Part shown: positions 52,581 to 64,000 of the stretch, piece after piece
How positions within the stretch are numbered: position 1 is the first letter of the stretch
Layout: each line of letters starts with the position of its first letter
Origin: the human T2T-CHM13v2.0 reference genome, Homo sapiens
NCBI RefSeq assembly: GCF_009914755.1
Contig: NC_060939.1
Length of the DNA: 64,000 bases
Direction: 5' to 3' (one strand)
Notes under the pieces: generated by a model
Database searches by the model: none
What the model was told of the DNA's origin: nothing
The model's input: the letters and a program-made list of their open reading frames with translations, nothing else
Made by a program: the position numbers and the translations under genes

Positions 52581-53384
52581 GCAAACGACAGTTATCCCAT
52601 CCTCTCATGATTGGATCTGGTTTGTGTCATTTAATTGTCTCGATAATCCTATAAAGTAGGTACAATTATCACCAGCCCATTTTAGAGATGAGGAAACTGA
52701 GTTAAAAGAAGAAACAGGTTGCCCAGTTGTGGCAATCAGTGGGCCAGGATTTCAACCAAATCTCTCTGATTCCATAGACCATAAAGTCTGCAGGATAAAC
52801 TTGCATCATGCCATAAACTTGCTATGAAATTGGCAAGATTTATTTTTAAAAATAACTTTATAAAACTGGATTAGCTATTCACCTTAGCTAAAAGTGTTGA
52901 TGCCCTTTCGCCCCCCTTTAAAAAATCAAATAACTTGTATATAATTTAGTTGTTTGGAAATGGAAAGACAAATTCGCGGGGTAACTGGTGAGCCACACAA
53001 AACCGCATTTAGTCTCTAAACTATGGGGATCTGAAAATCCTGTGTAAGTGTTCAGAGAGAAGAGATGGAGAAAAGATGAAATAAAATGCAGGCTATGGGT
53101 ACCAGAAGGGATTTTGGAGATGAGCAAGCCCCCAGCCCACCCCCATTGCACAGGAAGACCCTGCCAGGGGAACTGAGTCGCCAGGGGCAGGTGAGTGTGC
53201 TACACAGTTGGTCTCCTTGCAGATGAGGCTGGAAAGCTCCCCGGCCTCTACCACCTCTCTCCACACACACACCATGCCCGACCATGTGGAAGAGCTGTCT
53301 GTTTCTTGAGCATGCCTGCCCAGGCCCAGGTCTTTGCTATTGCTAGTCCCTCTACTTAGGAGAACTGGAAAGAGCAAAAAGCCC

Positions 53385-53590
53385 TAACATTGTTTCAAGC
53401 GCTACACATGCTGCTAATTTCATCTTTGGAACAACCTGTTACATGGGTACTATTACTATTCCCAGCTGACATCTGTAGGAAACAAGCACAGAACAGTTAT
53501 GTAACCTACTCAAGGTCACACAGCCAAGACGTGGCAGAGCAGAAATTCAAACCCGAGGAATCTAATCCAAGCCCTTGCTCTTTCCTACTG
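53385..53590 (-). mobile_element. MIR
   Basis: gtactattactattccca...caaggtcacacagc...gtggcagagc..aattcaaaccc. Confidence 0.7.
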
Positions 53591-54335
53591 AATTCCACTT
53601 TCTGGAATGCCCTAGCTACTTCCTCCCCACTCTCTGTTCAATTAGTTGCTATTGCTATCTCAAAAACCTTTAGCTCAGGGATCTTCAAAATTTTCCACCA
53701 GAGGACTTTGAATGTTGGAGGAGAGCGAATAGGTGCCCGTGGGGTTTGGGGCCATAGCGTGAGGAGTCTGTCATGTGGGAAAAATGTCTTTGCAGTCTCT
53801 TGTTTTAATTTTAAAATTCATCCAAAGTTTGTACTCCTTTACATAATACTGTCATGTTTGTTTTATTTTTTTTAATAATGTTTTTAACTACTTACCATCT
53901 TAACAAACCAATGCTCTCAAGAGAGGCACCAGATTTATCCTATGGTGGCTATGATAAACACAGGTTTATCCTATGACTTCACCTACCCCATCGCACAAGC
54001 CCCACATTCTCCAGGAATGTGAAATCTACTTTAGTTCAAGCGCCACTTCTTTAGGTAAGCCTTCCCTACCCCACCCCACCAAGCAGGGCTAAAGCCTGTG
54101 CTCACCAAGTAGCCGAAGTATACCTCTCATTTCCAAAAGGATCATCAACTCTCTCATCCCCTAAGATAGTGACTTGTCCTTCCTTGATTAATTAAGGCAG
54201 CTGCCATTCAGGACTATTAGCGTCAACAGGCCCCAGGCAGAGGAGGCAAAAAACCAAATGCTACCCTGCAAAATGACATGGCCAACTGAGGAAGGTGGAG
54301 GAGTGCAGAGCAAATTGAGGAAACGTAGGCTTTCT

Positions 54336-54711
54336 CCAGTGAAGTGCTGGTGAAGGTTTATTGACCTGGGTGTGGGGAGGACAGCACTGATTTGTAGTGT
54401 TTGCCAATTTCCAAGTGTAAATACTCCCACAATGGCTGACTTCAACGGGCCTGGAGTTGGGTAGTGATGTGCAGCAGTGTATTCCACCATTATAGACACA
54501 ATAGATAATAGTAAAGTGTAGCAAAATAATTAGGAAGTAATGCATTTTTAGCATGTATTAAAATTTTTAATATAACTTATTTAATTACAAGTTTATGGAA
54601 TTTACAATTTAATAGTGGTGGCAATGTTTAACAAGTGGCTAACAAAATTCCTGAAAATTTCCATCAAACAGCTCTTACAAGCCAGCACGGACCATCTCCA
54701 GCACACTACCG
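54336..54711. mobile_element. MER63-like hAT element
   Basis: ccagtg..gtgctggt; ctgatttgtagtgtttgccaatttcca.gtgtaaatactccca; aaaattcctgaaaattt; ctccagcacac. Confidence 0.75.
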
Positions 54712-56063
54712 AACAGCCGAATTTCTGTGTGTGTCTTAAACAGTACTAGTTCCCAAAGTTAATTACTGTTTGGGGAGAAGATTGCATGTATAATTTAATA
54801 GTGCTATTACATCATAGAACCTGCATGCATGCAACTCACACTGATGGGACTGTGGAGAAGAAATCCAATGAGAAGGATCCACAACCACCACTGGCTGTGG
54901 ACTGCAGGACTCGGAATTCCTCCCTCTTTGGTTCTGGCTGGGCCCTAGGATTTGAGTGGCCAAGAGAGAGATTGGAGAGGAAGGGATGGCTTAGCAAAGG
55001 GCTGAATGGGCAATATTCTAGAATTAATGTCCCTGGGCCGGGGCATTGGAAGGAGGGCATGGAAAGGATGCATCTGGAGAGTTAGAAATTTTGGTGGGGA
55101 GGGGCAGGAGTTTTCCAAGGGAGGTGGATGGAAACTTGAAGGCCTAGACTCTTGATAAAATGTGCCTTCAGTCTTCCCATGAAAAGAAAACTCAGTGAAG
55201 CTTGTGTGGAGCCAGCCCTGAAGCAGTCACGAAAAACTGAGAGACTTTGCACCAGGGAGTACCCAATACGATACCCCAGTCAAGGAACAAAGGCCATGTT
55301 TGGCTTCCAGTGAGCCACTGGACTTGGTACTGGGAGAGGACAAAGTAGGAGAAAAATCAATTTTGGCCCTCAGGGAATTTCCTGAGTAGAAGTATGCACA
55401 AATCATTAATTCCAAGGGTGAGCTCACGGGCTCCCCTGTGAGGTTGGGAGACTCATCTAAGGTCTCGGTAGCCGGATGAGGATGCTGCCAAGGTTTCTTC
55501 CTCCTTAATGGATGCCAGCAGCTCCCCTCCTCTCTGGATCAGGCATAGGTGCTGAGGGAGGCTGAGGCCAGGGGCAGAATATCTCCAACTGAGGGGACTT
55601 CTGGACACGTGGGGTTGTCAGTGGACTTCCCAGTGGTGGTTAGGGATGGTTGGCAGCGAGAAAGATGGAAGGGAGCACCGGGCAGGCCAGGGAAATTGGA
55701 GGTGAGAAAAGGTAAATTATAGCTGGGAAACACACATCAGTTGAGGCTCCGGATGGTGCTGGGGGTTCAGGTGGGAAAGTAATGTGAAACAAAGTTGGAA
55801 AGGCTGCTTGAGGCTTAGTAATGGTAGCCTGAGTGCCTGGCTAAGAATTTGACATTTTCACGACTCACTTTCCTTATATATAAAAGTCAGGGGAGGGGAG
55901 GGGGCGTTCACATTTATTTGTGTCCTTATTTGATTGATGTCTATCTCATGCATGAAACTGTAAGCCCCGAGAGGACAAGGGGCACTGTGCCTGACTTGGC
56001 TCACCTGGAGAAGTGCCAGGCATGGAGCAGACACTTGGTGACTGGTCACTAAATTAATTAATG

Positions 56064-56253
56064 GTCAGAGATTTTCAACTTGTATTTTTGGTGTTAGAAT
56101 TCAAGGTAGCCTCAGGCACTGGGGAGGCCCAGCCAGGAGGCTCCAAGTGTGGTAGTTCCACTTCCTCCAGCCATCTGTATGCAGTGTATGTATATTATCT
56201 CATTTGAAGCAAGAGTTCCTTAACTTAAAAAAATACAAATTTGGAAGCCACTG
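56064..56253. mobile_element. Charlie4z/MER102-like hAT fragment
   Basis: cagagattttcaac...catttgaagcaagagttcc..ttaaaaaaa..tttggaagccactg. Confidence 0.5.
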
Positions 56254-56346
56254 GAGCAAGTGTCCTCAAAGGGCCTTACTGTTCTATCCTAGTGGCCATC
56301 ATCCAGAGGCTGGTATATGGATAAGCCAGGCCCAGATTCTCTAGCC

Positions 56347-56876
56347 CAGGGACCTCCAACCCCCAGGCCACAGACCGGTACTGGTCCATGGCCTGCTAGG
56401 AACCAGCCACACAGCAGGAGGTGAGTGGTGGTGAGCCAGCGAAGCTTCATCTGTATTTACAGCCATTCCCCATTGCTTGCATTACCACCTGAGCTCCGCC
56501 TCCTGTCAGATGAGCAGTGGCATTTGATTCTCACAGGAAGACAAACTCTATTGTGATCTGCGCACGCGAGGAATCTAGGTTGTGCACTCTTTATGAAAAT
56601 CTAATGACTAATGATCTGTCACTGTCTCCCATCACCCCCAGATGGTACCCTCTAGTTGCAGGAAAACAAACTCAGGGCTCCCACTGATTCTATGTTATGT
56701 GGAGTTGTATAATTACTTCATTATTTATTAAAATGGAATAATAAAAGAAATAAGATGCACAATAAAAGTAATGCACTTGAATCATTCCAAAACCATCCCT
56801 CCCACCCACACTGGTCCATGAAAAAATTCTCTTCCACACAACTGGTCCCTGGTGCCAAAAAGGTTGGGGACCTCTG
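56347..56876. mobile_element. MER1A hAT-Charlie element, full length (530 bp)
   Basis: TIRs caggggacctccaac / gttggggacctctg; perfect 8-bp TSD ctctagcc at 56339-46 and 56877-84. Confidence 0.92.
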
Positions 56877-57959
56877 CTCTAGCCCACTCTGTCTCCGAGA
56901 GCTGTACCAGGATGCTTGCCCACTGTATAGGGCACCTTTCTGCAAGTTCTGGGACGGATCACCAAAAGGGGCCTTTCCTTTCCCCTTGCCTGAGGCCCAG
57001 GGAGAATGACAGCAAAAAGCCCATCCCGGTCCCTGCTCTTCCCATGCAGGTCCCATGTCCTCACCCCTCAGGCTGGTGGATGCCCTGACTGTGCTGGAGG
57101 CCACCTCCAGCTGTGCCAGCCGCCTCCTGTCCTTGCATTTTCCAGACCTAGATTTAGAGTGGCCAAAGCAGTTGAAAAGAAAAAAATATATATATTCTCT
57201 CTCCACACCCAGACTCCTCACACTTAAGTTGGGGAAATGCCAACAAAAATAGCATGATGTCATCTCTCGACTGATCCTGTTAATCCCTTTCCTGCCGAAT
57301 ATTGAGTCTTGGTTTTTATTTAAAAGTGATTTTATTGTCTAAGGCTGGTTAAAAGCCTCTGGGAGTTGTGCTGGGAAAGCTGGTGATGCCTTTGATGTGC
57401 AGAGTGATGTGGGGCCCTCGGCCCCCTGAGCCCCAATAAGGAAAGAAAATGGGATTTGCAGAAAGCTGGGAAGCTGGAGGAATTCTGTCTCAGACGGTGT
57501 GTGTGTTACCAATGGCATCTGGTTTTGCATTTGGCAGCCGGCGTCCCTTAGGAGGCCGGCCTCTTGGAAAGGATTTCTCAGCAATCCATGGCCTGTGAAG
57601 AGTCACACTCCCCCTGGATGCCGCCTTTCCTGCCCCCATCATCATTTGGGCACACTTTGGGAACACTCTTCCCTCTGCTGGGCTTTGGATACTTGGTGAG
57701 GAAGGTATGGATCCAAAGCCCACCCTGTTCTGGAGGCAAGGTGAACTGAAGGCCAGAAGACATGGGTTTGAAGCTCAGCTCTGGGCAACCCTGGAAAAGC
57801 CACTTAATAACTTATCTGTCAGCCAGAAATAGGTATACCTTCCCTGTTACCTGCCCTGCATCATACGTGACCACCAAAATATCAAAACAAAGCCATGCCT
57901 TTTCAAAAGCTCTACAAACTCAAGAGCCTTGTACTAATGCCAAGCTTTATGATAAATAG

Positions 57960-58800
57960 GGTAGTGAGAAGGAGAGGAAGAAAAGCAAAGGAATTGGAGG
58001 TGTTTGCAAGAGAGTGACTCCAGTGAAGAACCATGGAATCTAAGACAGAAGAAAAAGGACATGAAGCCAGAAGAAGACTGGCGGACAGTGAGAAAGAACT
58101 GGGCTCAGTAGGTCTGGGTTCATGAGGAGGTTGGAAAATTGTCGTAAGGGGCCTAGAAGAAGCAAGCTGGGAGATCAAGAGATAATCTTGAGAGCGAGAT
58201 ATCTGGGTTTGAGATTTTGTAGGGAATGTCATTTTGGTAATGGGAAGGCAGTGGATAGCTAAGGTCTGAAACTGTTCTTGGCAATTAGGAGGTCATGTTT
58301 GGGATCCTGGAAAAGTCATCCTCATAGATGATAAAGGGCCCTGCGGTGATGAGGGAGCTGGGATGGAAAGGATCCAGGAACCCTGGAGCCAAGGTGGCCA
58401 GTACATCGAAGGGGTTGACTATAAATGAGCACTAGGGATGGGGAGGGGACTGAATGACATTACTCTAAAGGAACTGAGCTTTCACAAGGTGAAGAGGAGT
58501 TTAGGAGTGGTCTGGGGAGCCAGGAGGATTCCAGCCTGTCCTGCTGACCCTGAGAGGGGAATGTGAGGATAAGCAGCCCCTCTCTGAAGGGTCAGAGGGC
58601 AAAGAAAAGGGAATGTTCCAGGAAAGGCTAAGGGTACAGAGGAATGCGCTGCTTGGAGCAGTGAAGGGGTCAGGGAAAGGGGGATGGGGGCCAGGGCAGC
58701 CGAGAAGAGAACAGAGCAGTGTAGGGATAGAGTCTGGGAGCCAATGGGTGCAGGAAGAGGCCTGGGATGCTGGCTGAGACCGAAAAGAATGGGAATGGGC
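57960..58800 (-). mobile_element. L2 5'/ORF2 relic
   Basis: Purine-rich + strand; accatggaatctaag, gtttgagatt, gtcatc..catagatgataaag (GDFNIH-like on minus strand); heavily degraded. Confidence 0.5.
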
Positions 58801-59384
58801 CCAATGGGTTTCATCCACTGCGTCTCTACAGTGGGGTGAGGACTTGGGGCTAAAGATTTCACACAGTGGCTTGGCCACAGAGTGGGTCTGCGCAGGCAGC
58901 TGCGATGGCTTTGGCAGGCCTCGGGTCTGCAGGCACCAAAGGGCTGCTTGCAGGAACCCTGCATGGTGGATGGTGCTTCAGTTAACTGCTCAGACAGGAC
59001 TTGTGAGGAGGGATGATGACACCACAGGCTAGAGGGGTGGCTGGATCAGGGACTAGATGAGCTCTGAAGTCCATTCCATCACTGCCACCTGTGATCACAT
59101 ACTTCACAGCTGTCCCAAAGGTTGACCCAACTATGAGATATGCTGGTTGTTTAATCTGTAATTTCAACTAGCTGTATACAAATGTGCCTTCACCACCACA
59201 GGCTGAGAAAGGAAACAGACACCCCGGCCTATGCCAGAGGCCTGAGCATAACCACCTAGAGCCAGCCTTGGAGGGTATCAGCAAGAGGCTGAACTGATGA
59301 AGGAGAAGGGAAGATGCAGAAGCCCTTGTTCTCAGGGCTCAGAGCAAACTGTGGCATCAGATCTTTTAATATTGCTATTTCTGT

Positions 59385-59700
59385 TGCTGATAATGACAGC
59401 TAAAGTTTATTGAACACTTTCTATGTGCTAGGCACACTATATGGCCTAGCTTGTTTATTCCTCATACACTAAGAGGAAGGTGTTTTTATCCTCATTTTGT
59501 AGATGAGAAAACAAGTCCACAGGGATGAAGGAACTTGCTAAGTATTGGGGCCTGGACCCCTAAGAAAAACTGACCCAAGTTCAAAAGATCAGAAAACTAC
59601 AGCTCCAACAGGAAATATGACTCAATCAAAGACTCAGGAGGTCAGGCACAGAGCAAGGGCTGACATCCAAGTCTCCTGACTGCCTACTCATAGTTCTCTC
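59385..59700 (-). mobile_element. MIR fragments
   Basis: tttattgaacactttctatgtgctaggcac; cattttgtagatgagaaaac; ccaagtctcctgact. Confidence 0.7.
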
Positions 59701-59744
59701 CACCCCACCACACAGAGACGAAGCACAGTGTCCATTTCTTCTGC

Positions 59745-59909
59745 CCAAAAGACATCTTGACTGCAGCCTCATGAAAGACCCCAAGTCAGAACCAACAAGC
59801 TAAGCCACTCCTAGATTTCAGACTCACAGAAACCATGAGAAATAGTCATTGTTTGTTAAGTCATTATATTTTGAGATGATTTGTGACACGGCAATAAATA
59901 ACTAATAGA
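59745..59909 (+). mobile_element. MLT1E/F 3' fragment
   Basis: gacatcttgactgcagcctcatga.agaccc...cagaaaccatgaga...gcaata.ataactaata. Confidence 0.75.
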
Positions 59910-60121
59910 GGGTAAACATCTATTGGCTCATGTGTCAGGATTTGAGGACATTCCCTCTGACATTTCTACTCTCTGTCCTGCTGGAAAGTCCTTTGTCATG
60001 AGACAAGGAAAGAGAGAGGCCATAGTGACCCTCTGTCCTCCATAGAGCTGGAGACAGAGTGGACAACTGACGCTGCCTTTCTGGCTCTCAGCTGTGCTGG
60101 CCAACAATACTTGTCCATTTC

Positions 60122-60331
60122 TACCAGCAAACTTCTTCTTAGAAGGTCTGGTAGTAAGTATTTTAGGCTTTGCAGGCCACATACAGTATCTGTTGCAACT
60201 ACTCAACTCTGCCATTAAAGCGCCAAAATAGCATTAGACAATACATAAACAAATGGGCATGGCTGATTCTAATAAAGCTTTATTTACAAAATCAAGTGGC
60301 TGATTCAAGGGTCATACTGTGCTAATCCCTG
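60122..60331. mobile_element. MER58A hAT MITE
   Basis: gtagtaagtattttaggctttgcaggcca...caactactcaactctgcc...aataaa.ctttatttacaaaa. Confidence 0.85.
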
Positions 60332-60689
60332 GTTTAGAGAAAGGAAAAACTAAGTCCATGAAGGTCTGTGGCCAGGCAGGCTTAAAGGGCCCACAGGACA
60401 CTTCCCATAGAGGGGAAGCTGTTCCTAAACTGCCCTACCCTTGGCCCCACCATTGCTCTACCTCTGCCCCAGGAAGCCAAGATATTTATCATCTCTTGCA
60501 AACAACCACCACATATGAAGATAGCTAAGGGAGCTCCAGGTTTGCTGAGAGTCTGAGCACCTGTGAGGGATATTACTAAGGAAATGTCCACACCAGCTAG
60601 AAGGTTTCTTTCAACTCTGGGTGCAACAATGTCCAGACACTGCTCCAGTAGTTACTGCTTGCACACATATTACCTCCTTTCTTTCTCAC

Positions 60690-61010
60690 CTGCAATTATT
60701 GTTGTGTAACAAATGAACCCTGAAACTCAATAACTTACTCACATGGCTGGCAGGTTGGTTCCTCTCCACACAAACTTCTCCATGAGGCTGCCTGGGTGTC
60801 CTCACAGTGTGGTGACAGGCTTCCCCCGCAACTACCTATCCAGGAAACCAAGGAAGAAGCCGCAATGCCTCTCCGACCTAGCTCTGGAAGTCACGCGTCA
60901 TCACATCTACTGTCCCATTGTTCACACAGGTCAGCCCTGATTCCGTGTGAGAGCGGACTATGCAAAGACAGGGATACCAGCAGGCAAGGATCCCCATCGT
61001 GGAGGCTGGG
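60690..61010 (-). mobile_element. MLT1F/G-like LTR, internally deleted
   Basis: gtaacaaa..accc; actcacatggctggcag; gtgtcctcacagtgtgg; gacctagctctggaagtcac; cagccctgattc. Confidence 0.7.
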
Positions 61011-61113
61011 TAGAATGAGTGGGTCCTGAGGTTAGTGCTCCATGGGAGTGATCACTAGAAAAGTTCACCCACTTAAGTTTGGTAGTTGTGTGAGGAAGGA
61101 CTCTAACACCTGT

Positions 61114-61425
<312 letters not shown>

Positions 61426-61768
61426 TTCTATCACCTGTCTGCTCAAATCTGTATAGGTGAATTGTTCATAGGAGATGTTGATACTCAGGTACCGATGGCT
61501 ATAGTTTTTAGCTACATTTGACCACAAGTTTTGATTGCTGGGGTTTCAATCCCATCTTCCTTGTTCTTCTGCCATTCTTAGGAATCTGCAATGGACGTTT
61601 GTCATTCTGTTCTGACTTCCCAGCATCTGACACTTGCCTAGAGGAACTTCTCACTGTGTGACTCCTGGTGAGGGCAGGTCCCTGCCCAGTTCTTCAGTCT
61701 TTCTGTCAGTATTTGACTGACCCTATGTCACTCCAATAATCCTCTTGCTATTTAAATTAGCTAGTCAG

Positions 61769-62077
61769 TCACACCTGTAATCCCAGCACTTTGGGAGGCC
61801 AAGGCGGGCGGATCACCCATGGTCAGGAGTTCGAGACCAGCCTGGTCAACACATTAAAACACCCTCTCTGCTAAAAATACAAAAATTAGTCAGGCATGGT
61901 GGCACGTGCCTGTAATCCCAGCTACTCAGGAGGCTGAGGCAGGAGAATCGCTTGAACCTGGGAGGTGGAGGTTGCAGTGAGCCAAGGATGCAGTGAGCCA
62001 AGATTGTGCCACTGCACTCCAGCCTGAGTGACAGAGCAAGACTCTATCTCAAAAAGAAAAAAAAAAGAAAGAAAGAA
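61769..62077 (+). mobile_element. AluSx-like, 5'-truncated, with 14-bp internal duplication, inside an MLT1-like LTR end
   Basis: Starts tcacacctgtaatccc; tgcagtgagccaag at 61973 and 61989; host agctagtcag|aattagtttctgttgcttgcaac. Confidence 0.93.
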
Positions 62078-62199
62078 AATTAGTTTCTGTTGCTTGCAAC
62101 CTAGAATCCTAGCAGGTTCTGAGTCTCTAGCACTTACTTTCAGACAAAGTTCTCCTGGTGCCAAAGCCACTACATCTCTGCTGCTGCTGTGGCTACAGT

Positions 62200-62425
62200 T
62201 GCTGAAGTTGAGCATAGACTTCAGAGTCAGACAGACCTAGGTTTGAGTCCCAGCCCTGCCAATTTAATGCAGTGTGACTTTCTACACGTTATTTAACATC
62301 TCTGGACTTCTGTTGCTTCCCCTGCAGGATGAGGGAAGTGATATTTAGCTTGAAAGACTGCTATGAGGATCTGCACATAGCATTGTGCCTGGCACAGAGT
62401 AGGTGCTTAGTGACTGCTCTTGTAT
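62200..62425 (+). mobile_element. MIR
   Basis: agagtcagacagacctaggtttgagtcccagc...gtgcctggcacagagtaggtgct. Confidence 0.8.
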
Positions 62426-64000
62426 AATAAAATATGATGGTGATGATGATGATGACCATGGACATGTGCTGAAGTTTCTCCTGATGTGATCCCCATCCAG
62501 AGTTTATTACAGAGGCAAAGCTACTCCCGTTTGATGACAGGTCTCTGGAGCTACCTTGAATGGTCTGTCCTCTCAGTACCAATTGCTCTTTAGAACCCTC
62601 AAAGCTGGTCTTACTCATGGAGTTGAATAAACTCTTTCAATAAGGAACTTGCTATAAGTCCCCTGGGGACTAGTCCAGAGCATGATTCAGAGACACACCC
62701 CCAACCCCTCCTATATTCAATGCTTTGCAAATGGAGCTCTTTCTGGCCTGCCCTGAGATCCTAGAACATCTAAGATGGGCATGCAACTTCAAGCCCCACT
62801 GTGGTCCTTGCAATCTGATCTCAGGTCATCCAGACCCTTGACCTGGCCTCACAGCCTGACATAGCCTCACAACTACTAGAGATACATCCTGGATGGCAAG
62901 CCACACTCTAAGACACTGTGCTCCAGCAGGAGCCCTGGTTTCTCCCATCCCATCTCTGAGCTGGCAGAGCTGTTGCATAGTGTTTCCATTTTTCTAAGGG
63001 TTGTTCCAGAGTCTAGGGTGTTCATGAGAAGTAATTTGCAAACCCCATCCCATGCTACTCTAAGAATTATACCCTCATACCAGTCTGGGAAAGAGTCTGA
63101 CCCCCACCTTCACCCCAAGTCATGGCAATGGGTGAGGTGGCACCTATGCTGGTTATGTGGGCACTACAGATAAATGGGCAACTGCAAGATCAGGAAATCA
63201 TCCTAACACAGAAAGAAACATCTCTTGTTCTAAGACTCCCTCTTTGAACAACCCAGTTAACCCTACAGGCCCCTCATTCGTCTTCCAAAGCACTGATTTG
63301 CCGCTTAGGACATATATTTGTTAGACTAGCAGCTGAGTAGTAGCCTCTATCTTTTCCTAGCAAGAGTATAAGCCACCTGGAGTGAGAGCCTTCTTACACT
63401 TTCCCTGTCCTCTGCACCTGGCACCTTGCCTGAAGATGAATCAGAGCTGACGAAATACTTGTCGAATGGCTGCTCCATGGATGACACAGAATACAGCTGC
63501 AGACCCTGACTACCTGGCCCAAAATAGCAAATATTGTGGGCCATGGGGCCATGGAAACCTGAGGTGCCTCCCAGGGCCACGGCAGATGATTAAGAAAATT
63601 GGCCGAGAGATAGGATCGCACCAGCCCACAATAGCCTGTGCATTTTTGTCCAGGTTGGAGAGGCAGGACACAGCCTGTACCTGTTTGGCAGGACACAGCC
63701 AGGTCATTCCTGATAGACAAGACACAGCCACCCGACACACGGAGTAGAGCCCCCACAAGGCTGCTGCTCAGAATGCTCCTGCAAGCTCAGCTGCGATTTT
63801 AGGCCTGCTGGAGTGAGGTCTCAGGTTACACCAACTCCTCAGCTTCTCAGCTTTTGATGGGAGCTGCTTCTGGACAGGGACATCACCACCAGCCCATTAG
63901 TGAAGGAAATATTTGCCAGAGAGCGTCACCCTCCAGGAGGAGAATAACAACTGAAGGTCTATATTTCATCTGTTCCAGGACTCTTTTAGCTTAGATGAAT

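Larger units (their letters stand above)
51972..52780 (-). mobile_element. MIR split into 51972-52026 and ~52620-52780 by an LTR plus templated insert
   Basis: catttattgagcatgtactatgggcc..tatgctaag and cccattttagagatgaggaaactgag..ccaggatttcaacc are consecutive MIR parts. Confidence 0.7.

Noticed and set aside
55872-55906. TATA box next to a GC box as a promoter
   Set aside because: Sequence aligns with the MIR core (ctcagtttcctcatctgtaaaatgggg) and is likely decay; no other promoter support.
56721-57263. Longest ORF (180 aa)
   Set aside because: Runs into MER1A, has no homology cue and low-information composition.

Overview
Primate (most likely human) non-coding genomic DNA, intergenic or intronic. 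I see no protein-coding exon, RNA gene, CpG island or prokaryotic-type system. The ORF track holds only short chance ORFs, many of them translations of Alu or simple repeats. Recognisable content is about 23 Alu copies or fragments, many MIR and L2 relics, old L1M/L1ME pieces, an L1PA8-like 3' end, solo LTRs (MER57-, MER50-, MLT1C-, MLT1F-, LTR33- and LTR16-like), DNA transposon fossils (MER1A, MER3, MER5, MER45, MER58, MER63, MER81, MER103, MER113, Tigger4b, Charlie1) and microsatellites. Subfamily names come from recalled consensus sequences and need RepeatMasker/Dfam confirmation; boundaries of old repeats are approximate. The most unusual signals are DNA-repair or replication scars. (1) A ~350-bp block of three inverted repeats and a tandem repeat built from flanking sequence at a MIR/LTR junction (51992-52344). 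(2) A tailless, headless internal Alu fragment between perfect 10-bp direct repeats (14610-14757). (3) A 41-bp locally templated insertion in an L2 tail (16827-16867). (4) A 35-bp-arm quasi-palindrome (34518-34610). I found no evidence for a new gene system.
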